Source: an uncultured Bacteroidales bacterium
GTDB lineage: Bacteria; Bacteroidota; Bacteroidia; Bacteroidales; TTA-H9
Assembly: GCA_964550695.1 (NCBI GenBank)
Contig: CAZKCK010000002.1
Coordinates: 14,447 to 53,878 of the forward strand
Length of the DNA: 39,432 bases
Reading direction: 5' to 3'
Part shown: piece by piece, positions 28,342-36,896 of the stretch
How the letters are laid out: every line of letters starts with the position of its first letter
How positions within the stretch are numbered: the stretch's first letter is position 1
Translations under genes and position numbers: made by a program
The notes under the pieces: model-generated
What the model saw: the letters and a program-made list of their open reading frames with translations, nothing else
Told to the model about the DNA's origin: nothing
Database searches by the model: none

Positions 28342-30816
28342 TCAGTAAGGATCAACATCCACAATAATCCGGACCTGTTTGAACTGAGTCATCTTCCCGA
28401 TTGCTGCAATCACCTGCCTGATGTGTGTTTTTGAAACAGGAAGATTGGTATCACGTTCTATTTTAAGCACAATCTGCTTGATATACAAACCTTTGATTCT
28501 GGCTACCAAAGGGAATTCGGGACCAAGAACATTATTTGCAAACAATTTCCTCAATTGTTCAGCAAGTGCTGAAGCCGCATCATTGGCAACCGTATAATCC
28601 CTGTGTTTTATATCAAAACGGATGAGGCGGACCAAAGGCGGGTACCTGTAATTATTCCGCTCATTGAGCTGGTCAATAAACATACTGCCATAATCATTTT
28701 CAACTACATATCGTATTGCCGGATGCTCCGGTCTGGAGGTCTGAATAATTACTGATCCCTGCTTATTTTTACGCCCTGCCCTGCCACTTACCTGAGCCAT
28801 CATCTGGTAACTGCGTTCAAAGGCCCTGAAATCAGGGAAAGAAATCATATTATCAGCATTCAGTATGCCCACAACGCTCACATTATCAAAGTCGAGACCC
28901 TTTGTAACCATTTGAGTACCAACAAGTATGTCAATACGTTGTTCTTCAAAACCGGTAATTAACTGCTGATGTCCGGTTTTAGATCGTGTAGAGTCAAGAT
29001 CCATTCTGGCAATGGAGGCATTCGGAAAAAACAAAGCAAGTTCATCTTCTATTTTTTCGGTTCCAAAACCTTTCATTTCAAGCAATGGATTTGCACAAAC
29101 CGGACACTGGGCAGGTATTGAAATCCCATAACCGCAGTAATGACATTTTAACTGATTGATATTCTTATGGTAAACCAGCGTAACATCACAATTTTTACAT
29201 TCGGGCATCCAGTTACATTTGCTGCATTCAATGCGTGGGGCGTATCCCCGCCTGTTCTGAAAAAGGATGACCTGTTCCCTGTTTTTAAGTGCCGTTTCAA
29301 TCTGCCTGAACAAGAGTCCGGTAAAATGCGATTTCATTGTACGGTTGCGCTGCTCTTCGCGTACATCGGCCACAACCACACGTGGCATCAGCATACCGCC
29401 AAAACGGGTACTTAATGTTACCAGACCATACTTTCCCGATTTTGTATTGAAATAGGATTCAACTGAGGGTGTTGCTGAACCCAAAAGCACTTTCGCACCG
29501 ATTAATTGTGCCAGATAAACCGCTGCATCACGGGCATTGTAACGTGGTGCCGGATCATATTGCTTGTAGGAAGCATCGTGTTCTTCATCAACAATGATTA
29601 ATTGCAGGTTATTATATGGTAGAAATAATGCTGATCTGGCACCAAGCACAAGTTTAAAACCTTCAAGACCCTGATCAGTGGCCGAAGCTACCCTTTTCCA
29701 TATTTCTGTACGTTCCTGTTCATTAAATTTTGAATGATAAATAGCAGCCTGATTTCCAAAGAATTTCCTGAGTCTTGTAATAATCTGGGCTGTAAGAGCA
29801 ATTTCTGGCAACAGGTATAGTACCTGCCCTCCCCTGGCGATGACATCCTGAATCAGTTTGATGTAAATTTCAGTTTTTCCGCTCGATGTAACTCCGTGCA
29901 AAAGCACCACCGGTTTTTCAATGAACTGGCTTTTTACAGATCCAAGGGCTTTTTCCTGTTCTGCATTCAACTCAATACCAGAAACCGAATCGGGATTAAA
30001 ATCACCAAAACGGCTCACAATCCGTTCCTCTACGGCAAATATTCCTTTTTTAACCATTGTATCAAATACCGATGACTGGGCTTTGGCTTCCCTCAGCAAT
30101 TCGGTTTTTGAAACAACATTTTTCCGCATAAGGAGCGAAAGGAATGCCATTAGGATATCAGACTGGCGCGGTGCCTTTTTTTCGAGAATATCAAAAAGTT
30201 CATGCTGGCTTTCTTCGGTCTGAAAAGCAATTTCAAGCGTTACAAAAACCTCTTTTTTAGGGCGATAGCGCTCTTCAAGTTCCTCCTCAAGTAATACTAC
30301 CTTTTTATCGATGAGGGTTTTAATTAATGGGATAACCTTTACCTGATCAACTATTCTGGCGGCATCAGTAAGCGTAAGTACTTTTTGTATCTCAACAGCC
30401 TCTGTAATAAGCTGCTCTTTTTCAGTAAGCTGCGAAAAATCACCTGAAAAATCAGGGTGCATCACAATCCGTGACTCACTTGCCAGTTTGAGCACCGAGG
30501 GCAATGCCGCATTCATGACTTCCCCGGCCGTGCACATATAATAAGATGCCACCCACTCCCAGAACCTGAATTGCAGTTCATTTACCAATGGATTGGCATC
30601 CAGTATTGAAAGTATATATTTAATATCATACCCTGAAGGAATCTGCTCATGAATACGGCGAACAAAACCGGTATAGAACCTTTGCTTTCCGAACTGAACC
30701 ACAACCCTGTGGCCGGGCAAAAGTACCTCATTCAACTCCCTGGGAACGCGGTAAGTAAAATAACCATCAAGCGGCAAAGGCAACAGGACATCCGCAAATA
30801 ATGTCACGCGTTCCAT
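28342..30816 (-). CDS. priA: Primosomal protein N' (replication restart helicase)
   Basis: HGVTSSGKTE, DEEHD, GSATPS, four CxxC Zn motifs, KGLDF, QVSGRAGR and VDVDPY. Confidence 0.97.
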   Translation of the reverse strand: MERVTLFADVLLPLPLDGYFTYRVPRELNEVLLPGHRVVVQFGKQRFYTGFVRRIHEQIPSGYDIKYILSILDANPLVNELQFRFWEWVASYYMCTAGEVMNAALPSVLKLASESRIVMHPDFSGDFSQLTEKEQLITEAVEIQKVLTLTDAARIVDQVKVIPLIKTLIDKKVVLLEEELEERYRPKKEVFVTLEIAFQTEESQHELFDILEKKAPRQSDILMAFLSLLMRKNVVSKTELLREAKAQSSVFDTMVKKGIFAVEERIVSRFGDFNPDSVSGIELNAEQEKALGSVKSQFIEKPVVLLHGVTSSGKTEIYIKLIQDVIARGGQVLYLLPEIALTAQIITRLRKFFGNQAAIYHSKFNEQERTEIWKRVASATDQGLEGFKLVLGARSALFLPYNNLQLIIVDEEHDASYKQYDPAPRYNARDAAVYLAQLIGAKVLLGSATPSVESYFNTKSGKYGLVTLSTRFGGMLMPRVVVADVREEQRNRTMKSHFTGLLFRQIETALKNREQVILFQNRRGYAPRIECSKCNWMPECKNCDVTLVYHKNINQLKCHYCGYGISIPAQCPVCANPLLEMKGFGTEKIEDELALFFPNASIARMDLDSTRSKTGHQQLITGFEEQRIDILVGTQMVTKGLDFDNVSVVGILNADNMISFPDFRAFERSYQMMAQVSGRAGRKNKQGSVIIQTSRPEHPAIRYVVENDYGSMFIDQLNERNNYRYPPLVRLIRFDIKHRDYTVANDAASALAEQLRKLFANNVLGPEFPLVARIKGLYIKQIVLKIERDTNLPVSKTHIRQVIAAIGKMTQFKQVRIIVDVDPY

Positions 30817-30914
30817 GGTACAATAAATTAATTCTGTTTACAACAATTGAATGTGTAAAATTAACTGATTTTACCCAACTTTATATCCTTTACAAACAAA
30901 CCTGCCGAAAATGC

Positions 30915-32135
30915 TTATTCCCGGCCGGTCTCAATTGCTGAAACCTCACCGGCATGTTGATTCTCATCAGCAGCCAATCCTTGTTTCGAGGTTTTACGAC
31001 TACCCTGATAAATTTCAAATTTATTAAACCGGCACTCCAACGGGCCGTTAAACAGGTGTATTTTGCGCGAAGGGTGAAGGCCAAGGTGTTTGAGTGCAAA
31101 CAAATCAGACGTAATGATCCAGGCATCAAAACCCAGATAATGCTTTTTCAGTGTATCGCCAATACTCTTGTACAATGCCACGATATCATCGTTTTTCATG
31201 CGCTCGCCATAAGGCGGGTTCGAAATCAGCACACCGGGTCCATCAAATGAAGTTTCCTCAAATCTGGCTTTCCGAAGTGTTACATCATCAAGCAGTCGGG
31301 CCTTCTTAAGATTTTGCTTAGCATGATCAACAGCCATCGCTGACATATCTGAACCAAAAATTTCACATTCCTGCTTTTTGATCCGGCGGGCAGCATCTGA
31401 TTTAACCTGATTCCACATGGTCCGGTCAAAATCACGCCATTTCATAAAACCGTACTCATTGCGGAATTGTCCTGCCGGTATGTTTTGGGCCAGCATGGCA
31501 GCCTCAATCAGAAAAGTACCGCTTCCGCAAAAGGGATCCACAAAATTCACCTGCTTGTCCCAACCGGTAAGCATGATCATTCCGGCTGCAAGTGCCTCAT
31601 TGATTGGCGCAAGCCCGATAGCCTGCCTGTAACCTCTCTTATAGGTAGGTTCACCCGAACTGTCGAGATACAAAATACAATTCTTTCCGCTTACAAACAG
31701 ACTCAGACTGATATCGGGATTATCCTTGTCAACATCCGGTCTTCTCTTAAACTTTTCAACAAACCAATCGGCAACAGCGTCCTTTACTTTTAGCGAAATA
31801 TAGTGAGAATGTGTAAAGGCAGAATTAACGAGTACAGCTTCTACCACAAAAGTATCTCTGAAACTCATAATGGTATCCCATTCCACCCTTTTAACACCTT
31901 CATAGAGTTCGTCATTGGTGGTTGCCTCAAATTCAGAAAGTGGAACCAAAATCTTGATGGCAGTCCGGCAAAGGTAATTGGCCTTGTAAACAGTTTCTTT
32001 TGTACCGGTAAAAGCAACAGCACGGGTGAGAATTTCTATTTCGGTTGCTCCCAGTTCAAGGAGTTCGGAAGCAAGCACAGACTCAAGTCCTGCAAGGGTC
32101 TTGGCAATAAAACGTGTGGTGTTTGATGGGATCAA
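30915..32135 (-). CDS. THUMP-domain SAM-dependent rRNA methyltransferase (RlmL/YpsC-like)
   Basis: THUMP N-terminus, DSSGE..KRGYR, APINEALAAG, DPFCGSGT and NPPYGER; TTG start. Confidence 0.88.
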   Translation of the reverse strand: MIPSNTTRFIAKTLAGLESVLASELLELGATEIEILTRAVAFTGTKETVYKANYLCRTAIKILVPLSEFEATTNDELYEGVKRVEWDTIMSFRDTFVVEAVLVNSAFTHSHYISLKVKDAVADWFVEKFKRRPDVDKDNPDISLSLFVSGKNCILYLDSSGEPTYKRGYRQAIGLAPINEALAAGMIMLTGWDKQVNFVDPFCGSGTFLIEAAMLAQNIPAGQFRNEYGFMKWRDFDRTMWNQVKSDAARRIKKQECEIFGSDMSAMAVDHAKQNLKKARLLDDVTLRKARFEETSFDGPGVLISNPPYGERMKNDDIVALYKSIGDTLKKHYLGFDAWIITSDLFALKHLGLHPSRKIHLFNGPLECRFNKFEIYQGSRKTSKQGLAADENQHAGEVSAIETGRE

Positions 32136-32155
32136 GGGGCGTATGAATTAAGCTG

Positions 32156-32186
32156 CAAAGATACTTAAAAAGGCAGGCGACCCAAT
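32156..32186 (-). promoter_or_regulatory. sigmaA promoter for the methyltransferase gene
   Basis: On minus: ATTG (32183-32186), 19 nt, TATCTTTG (32156-32163), 20 nt upstream of the TTG start. Confidence 0.55.
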
Positions 32187-32207
32187 CTGCCTGAAGATGG
32201 GCCGCCT
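32167..32207 (-). terminator. Terminator-like hairpin downstream of the SPFH-RHH operon
   Basis: Minus strand reads AGGCGGCCCATCT-TCAGGC-AGATTGGGTCGCCT-GCC-TTTTT. Confidence 0.55.
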
Positions 32208-32326
32208 TTAATTCATATGATAATCAGTGAAAAAAATCAGTCAGTTGATAAATCCTTACCCGAACCAAAACACAGATTACAAATTAATTACAATAGAATA
32301 AATCCAAAATTATCTGATCCGGAAAA

Positions 32327-32497
32327 TTATAAAACTTCATCTGACTGTTTTTTCTGCCTTCCAGCCTCCCTGAGTGCTTTGGAAATAACCCATTCCAACT
32401 GTCCGTTTACGCTACGGAACTCATCTGCAGCCCATTTCTCAATGGATTCAAGTACATCCGGGTCAAGCCTCAAGGCAAAAACTTTTTTCTTAGCCAC
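32327..32497 (-). CDS. Small Arc-like ribbon-helix-helix DNA-binding protein (56 aa; absent from the ORF track)
   Basis: Manual translation from GTG: MAKKKVFALRLDPDVLESIEKWAADEFRSVNGQLEWVISKALREAGRQKKQSDEVL. Alternating beta-ribbon FALRL and Arc-like RSVN motif; begins 4 nt after the SPFH stop. Confidence 0.88.
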   Translation of the reverse strand: MAKKKVFALRLDPDVLESIEKWAADEFRSVNGQLEWVISKALREAGRQKKQSDEVL

Positions 32498-32501
32498 AAT
32501 T

Positions 32502-33371
32502 CTATTGGTGTAAGGTACCGGTATTTACAACAGGCGAAACAGATTTATCAGATGTCAGTACAACCATGAGGTTGCTTACCATGGCAGCTTTCCTTTCGTC
32601 ATCAAGATCAACAATCTGCCTTTTCGAAAGCATTTCCAAAGCCATTTCAACCATTCCAACAGCGCCTTCCACAATTTTCTGACGGGCTGCCACAACGGCT
32701 GTAGCCTGCTGACGCTGCAACATGGCTCCGGCAATTTCAGAAGCGTAGGCCAGGTAACTTATTCTGGCTTCAATAACTTCAATTCCTGCAATCGACAGGC
32801 GTTCAGTAAGTTCACGCTCCAGAACATGGTTTACTTCCTCACCGCCGGCACGGAGCGTTATCTCGGCCTGGGCATCATCAAAACAATCATACGGATAATG
32901 TCCGGCAAGCTTACGAATGGCAGCTTCACTCTGAATCTCAACAAAATGGGAATAATCGTCCACTTCAAAAGCCGCCTTAAAAGTGTTTTTAACCCTCCAC
33001 ACCAGCACGATGCCAATCATGATGGGGTTCCCGATTTTATCGTTCACCTTAATGGGTTCTCCATTAAAATTACGCGCTCTGAGCGACAATTTTTTACGTA
33101 CAAAAAAAGGATTGATCCAGTAAAACCCGTTGTCCATAACAGAGCCAACATAATCACCGAATAAAACCAGCGCATTTGCTTCATTTGGATTGACGATCAT
33201 CAATCCGCCAAAAACAAAACCTGAGAGCAAACAAAGCAAAACCCCGGGAACAACATACCAGGGATTGGGAGCAAATACAACAACGATTGCAACACCTGCT
33301 CCAAGGGATAAAAATCCGCCAAGCAGACCAACATAACCTGAAACCGGTTTGAAAAATTTTTCTGTTTCCAT
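32502..33371 (-). CDS. SPFH (band 7) domain membrane protein
   Basis: Two N-terminal TMs, KVNDKIGNPI, QSEAAIR, EARISYLAYASEIAGAMLQRQQA, IVEGAVGMV and KAAMVSNLMVVL. Confidence 0.92.
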   Translation of the reverse strand: METEKFFKPVSGYVGLLGGFLSLGAGVAIVVVFAPNPWYVVPGVLLCLLSGFVFGGLMIVNPNEANALVLFGDYVGSVMDNGFYWINPFFVRKKLSLRARNFNGEPIKVNDKIGNPIMIGIVLVWRVKNTFKAAFEVDDYSHFVEIQSEAAIRKLAGHYPYDCFDDAQAEITLRAGGEEVNHVLERELTERLSIAGIEVIEARISYLAYASEIAGAMLQRQQATAVVAARQKIVEGAVGMVEMALEMLSKRQIVDLDDERKAAMVSNLMVVLTSDKSVSPVVNTGTLHQ

Positions 33372-33527
33372 TTATTTTGATATTAAAATGATATTGCAAT
33401 ATTACTATATTGATACATATTTGTCAAGTTAAAAATTCTTAATTTTCTATATTGTTCACATGCAATAATTTACACACATACCATAAACCCTTTGTGCATA
33501 TATAATGGGCCTTTCATAAAAAATCAG

Positions 33528-33535
33528 TAGGTTTG
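33528..33535 (+). promoter_or_regulatory. Candidate -7 element (TAGGTTTG) for the permease gene
   Basis: TAnnTTTG match 16 nt upstream of the ATG; no clear -33. Confidence 0.4.
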
Positions 33536-33551
33536 CTGTACTTATAAACAT

Positions 33552-34586
33552 ATGATTATACCCATTTTAATCCCTTTACTTGTTGGAATGTTTCTGGCCC
33601 TGAACATGGGAGGTAGCGGAACAGCGCCTTCATTTTCAGCAGCTTATAGCACAAATATTATTAAAAAAATGGCTATTCCGGGCCTTTTCGGAATTTTTGT
33701 ATTTCTGGGAGCCATCATTGCAGGCGAAAAAGTTGTGCTTACCCTCGGTAAAGGGCTTCTGGATGCCTCCAAGATGACTTTAACAGTTACTACAATCATA
33801 CTGATTTCTGTTTCGCTTTCACTTTTATTTGCAAACCTGATTGGTGTACCGCAGAGTACCAGCCAGTCAACGGTGCTGGCACTTTGCGGGCCTGCCATGT
33901 ACCTTGATAGCCTGAATACACACAAGCTGTTTATCGAAATTATTCCCATCTGGTTTTTACTGCCGGTCATCGCTTTTTTACTGACGCTTTTAGTTGCCCG
34001 CTTTCTAAAACCTTTTCTTGAGAAAGAAAAAGCCACAGATTACGGCACATTAAAAAAATACTCTTTTGTAAGGCTATTTTTAATTGGATCAGCATGTTAT
34101 GTTGCTTTTTCGATAGGTTCAAATAATGTTGCAAATGCAACAGGACCTCTTATTTCAATGGTGATAAAGGAATTACACATCGATCCCAATGACCACAGCA
34201 GATTTGTACTGGTGATGGTGATAGCCACGCTCATGATTGCTCCGCTCTTCGGCATTGGAAGTTCAATTTTTGGTTACAAGGTCATGAAATCTGCCGGACG
34301 AGATATAGTGCAGGTGGGGCCGCTTGAAGCAAGTATTATTTCAGTTATAACAGCCACCTTATTGCTTGCTGCCTCGCTTACAAAAGGAATCCCGACTTCA
34401 CTCGTACAATTGAACAGCCTTGCATTTATGGCCATTGGCGTAAACAAAATGGGATGGCGCAATACATTCCGCAACAGCACAGTACGGAAATTTTGGGTAG
34501 TATGGTTGGTAGCACCTGTTTTTGCACTTGCACTTGCCTTTATCCTTACCTATCTGGCGGATATCGCCGGACTGCTGTACCATTAA
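33552..34586 (+). CDS. PiT-family anion permease, CysP (sulfate permease)-like
   Basis: Multi-TM, 344 aa, with internal repeat: LNMGGSGTAPS / GVPQSTSQ and SIGSNNVANA / GIPTSLVQ. Confidence 0.85.
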   Translation: MIIPILIPLLVGMFLALNMGGSGTAPSFSAAYSTNIIKKMAIPGLFGIFVFLGAIIAGEKVVLTLGKGLLDASKMTLTVTTIILISVSLSLLFANLIGVPQSTSQSTVLALCGPAMYLDSLNTHKLFIEIIPIWFLLPVIAFLLTLLVARFLKPFLEKEKATDYGTLKKYSFVRLFLIGSACYVAFSIGSNNVANATGPLISMVIKELHIDPNDHSRFVLVMVIATLMIAPLFGIGSSIFGYKVMKSAGRDIVQVGPLEASIISVITATLLLAASLTKGIPTSLVQLNSLAFMAIGVNKMGWRNTFRNSTVRKFWVVWLVAPVFALALAFILTYLADIAGLLYH

Positions 34587-34636
34587 AACACCAGTAAGCG
34601 AATACAGATTTTTCAGGACAACCGGCAAATTTTCTG

Positions 34637-34644
34637 TAATTTTG
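34637..34644 (+). promoter_or_regulatory. Candidate -7 element (TAATTTTG) upstream of yjjG
   Basis: TAnnTTTG match about 110 nt upstream of the ATG, overlapping the TGCCTG-CGG-CAGGCA hairpin (34643-34657). Confidence 0.35.
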
Positions 34645-34752
34645 CCTGCGGCAGGCAGTGAGATGTCCGAATCTGTCACAGTTTTAAACTTACTTTATCA
34701 ATGATTAATTGGGCATTTCTATTAACCTGAATGTCAGAAACTTTATCTCTGA

Positions 34753-35454
34753 ATGAAAACGTACAAACATCTGTTTTTTGATCTCGATGGCACGCTTTGG
34801 GATTTTGCAAAAAATTCTGAGGCTACACTGCATGATATTTACATCAATCATGGACTTCAAAATTCGCATAACAACGGGTTTGATTTGTTTTTTGAAACTT
34901 ATAACCAAATAAATCATGGTTTGTGGGAACAATACCGGCAGGGAACCCTTGAAAAAGAAAAGTTGTCAGTTTTACGGTTCAGCCTTACGCTCGAAGCATT
35001 TGGTATTGTAAGCCCCGGTCTGGCAGAACAAATTTCGGTTGAGTATATAACCCAAAGCCCCCGCAAAACCCTTTTACTTCCGCATGCAATCGAAATCCTG
35101 CAAACACTTCGGAAAAATTATCATTTGCATATTATTACCAATGGGTTTATTGAAGTTCAACTGAACAAAATCAGCAATTCGGGCATTCAAGATTATATCG
35201 GGCATATGATAACTTCTGAAGAAGCCGGGTGCCTGAAACCCTGCAATGCCATTTTTGAGTATGCCTTTCACAAAACAGGCGCTACCCCTGAAGTCAGCAT
35301 GATGATTGGCGATGACTACAGTATTGATATTGAGGGAGCTTCAATGGCAGGAATGGATACTGTTTTTTTCAATCCGCTGGGAAATGAATCAGGTATCCGT
35401 GCAAATTATGAAATCAAATCGCTCAGCGAATTAACAGGAATATTAAAGACTTAA
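34753..35454 (+). CDS. yjjG: HAD-family noncanonical pyrimidine nucleotidase, YjjG family
   Basis: FFDLDGTLWDF, ITNGF..VQ, KP and MIGDD...DI. Confidence 0.85.
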   Translation: MKTYKHLFFDLDGTLWDFAKNSEATLHDIYINHGLQNSHNNGFDLFFETYNQINHGLWEQYRQGTLEKEKLSVLRFSLTLEAFGIVSPGLAEQISVEYITQSPRKTLLLPHAIEILQTLRKNYHLHIITNGFIEVQLNKISNSGIQDYIGHMITSEEAGCLKPCNAIFEYAFHKTGATPEVSMMIGDDYSIDIEGASMAGMDTVFFNPLGNESGIRANYEIKSLSELTGILKT

Positions 35455-35459
35455 CTGCC

Positions 35460-36185
35460 ATGAACCTGTATTATTTCCCGGAACTGAATCCAACCTCTGC
35501 CACTGCCGGCTCCATCATTCATCTTGGTGATGAAGAAGCTAAACATGCAGTAAGGGTCATGCGCCTCAAGACCGGGGGAACAGTACATCTGACTGATGGT
35601 AACGGCTACCTGTACGAAGCTGTAATCATGAATGATTTACTTGGGGATGTAAGGGTGCGGATTACCCATTGCAAACTGACTGCAAATCCTGAAAAACCAC
35701 AGTTTCATCTTGTGGTGGCTCCAACAAAAAATCCTGACCGGATTGAATGGCTCACCGAAAAAGCCACCGAGGCAGGATTGGATACCCTTAGCCTGATCAC
35801 ATGCAAACATTCTGAACGCAGCAATTTTAACACTTCAAGATTGAACCGCCTGGCCATTTCAGCCATGAAACAATCCTTGCGAACCAAGCTTCCTGTAATA
35901 CAAGGGCCGTTCAGTTTTTCCGAATTTCTTGACAAACCCTTCAACGGAAACAAATACGTTGCCTGGTGCGAAACGGGGCAAGAACAACTCCTCTTTGACC
36001 GGCTTCCAACAGGGCAAAACTGTATGGTACTGATTGGCCCTGAAGGTGATTTCAGCACCCAAGAAATACAGTTGGCTCAAAGTAAAGGGTTTATACCCGT
36101 CAGCCTCGGGCTCAACAGATTCAGAACTGAAACAGCCGCGCTGATATCATGTATAGCTTTTAATCTTAAAAATCAGCTACTTTAA
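35460..36185 (+). CDS. rsmE: 16S rRNA m3U1498 methyltransferase
   Basis: HAVRVMR, EKATE, AMKQS, LIGPEGDFS and LGLNRFRTETA. Confidence 0.95.
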   Translation: MNLYYFPELNPTSATAGSIIHLGDEEAKHAVRVMRLKTGGTVHLTDGNGYLYEAVIMNDLLGDVRVRITHCKLTANPEKPQFHLVVAPTKNPDRIEWLTEKATEAGLDTLSLITCKHSERSNFNTSRLNRLAISAMKQSLRTKLPVIQGPFSFSEFLDKPFNGNKYVAWCETGQEQLLFDRLPTGQNCMVLIGPEGDFSTQEIQLAQSKGFIPVSLGLNRFRTETAALISCIAFNLKNQLL

Positions 36186-36192
36186 CCTTAAT

Positions 36193-36858
36193 ATGATTAG
36201 AATCAAATATATAATCGCTTTTCTTATGTCCCTGGCAGTATTCCAGAGCAACCTTTATGCTCAGGAAAAACTGCGGATTGCGCTACTCAAATATTCGGGC
36301 GGTGGCGACTGGTATGCCAACCCAACATCGTTGCCAAACCTCATCACCTTCTGCAACAACAATCTGGGGACCAACATTTCACCGGAACCAGCCACCATTG
36401 AACCCGGCGATCCTTCTATATTTAATTATCCGTTTGTTCATATGACCGGCCATGGCAATGTGGTGTTTTCTGAACAGGAATGCGAAAACCTCCGCAAATA
36501 CCTGAGTGCCGGCGGCTTTCTGCATATTGATGATAATTACGGAATGGATATCTATATCAGGCGTGAACTTAAAAAATTGTTCAGCGATAAGGAACTGACA
36601 GAAATCCCCTTGAATAATCCTATCTTTAATCAAAAATTCAATTTTCAGAAAGGTGTCCCCAAAATTCATGAACATGATAATAAACCTCCAAAGGCATACG
36701 GAATATTTATTGACGGGCGCCTTGTATTAATGTACACTTTTGAATCAGACCTTGGAGATGGCTGGGAAGACCAACGTGTACATAATGATAGTGAAGCCAC
36801 CCGAACCAGGGCCCTGCAGATGGGTGCCAACATGATACAATATGTTTTTACGCGTTAA
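36193..36858 (+). CDS. DUF4159 domain exported protein
   Basis: Signal peptide (LYA-Q); KYSGGGDWYANP, HMTGHG, GGFLHIDDNYG and DLGDGWED. Confidence 0.85.
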   Translation: MIRIKYIIAFLMSLAVFQSNLYAQEKLRIALLKYSGGGDWYANPTSLPNLITFCNNNLGTNISPEPATIEPGDPSIFNYPFVHMTGHGNVVFSEQECENLRKYLSAGGFLHIDDNYGMDIYIRRELKKLFSDKELTEIPLNNPIFNQKFNFQKGVPKIHEHDNKPPKAYGIFIDGRLVLMYTFESDLGDGWEDQRVHNDSEATRTRALQMGANMIQYVFTR

Positions 36859-36896
36859 CACAATTACAAATCAGTAAAAAATAAGGACTTTCGTTT

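Noticed and set aside
32327-32497. RHH protein as the antitoxin of a toxin-antitoxin pair
   Set aside because: No adjacent toxin-like ORF (RelE/ParE, PIN, HicA or GNAT); its operon partner is SPFH.
32217-32513. 98-aa + strand ORF
   Set aside because: Antisense shadow of the real Arc/RHH gene at 32327-32497.
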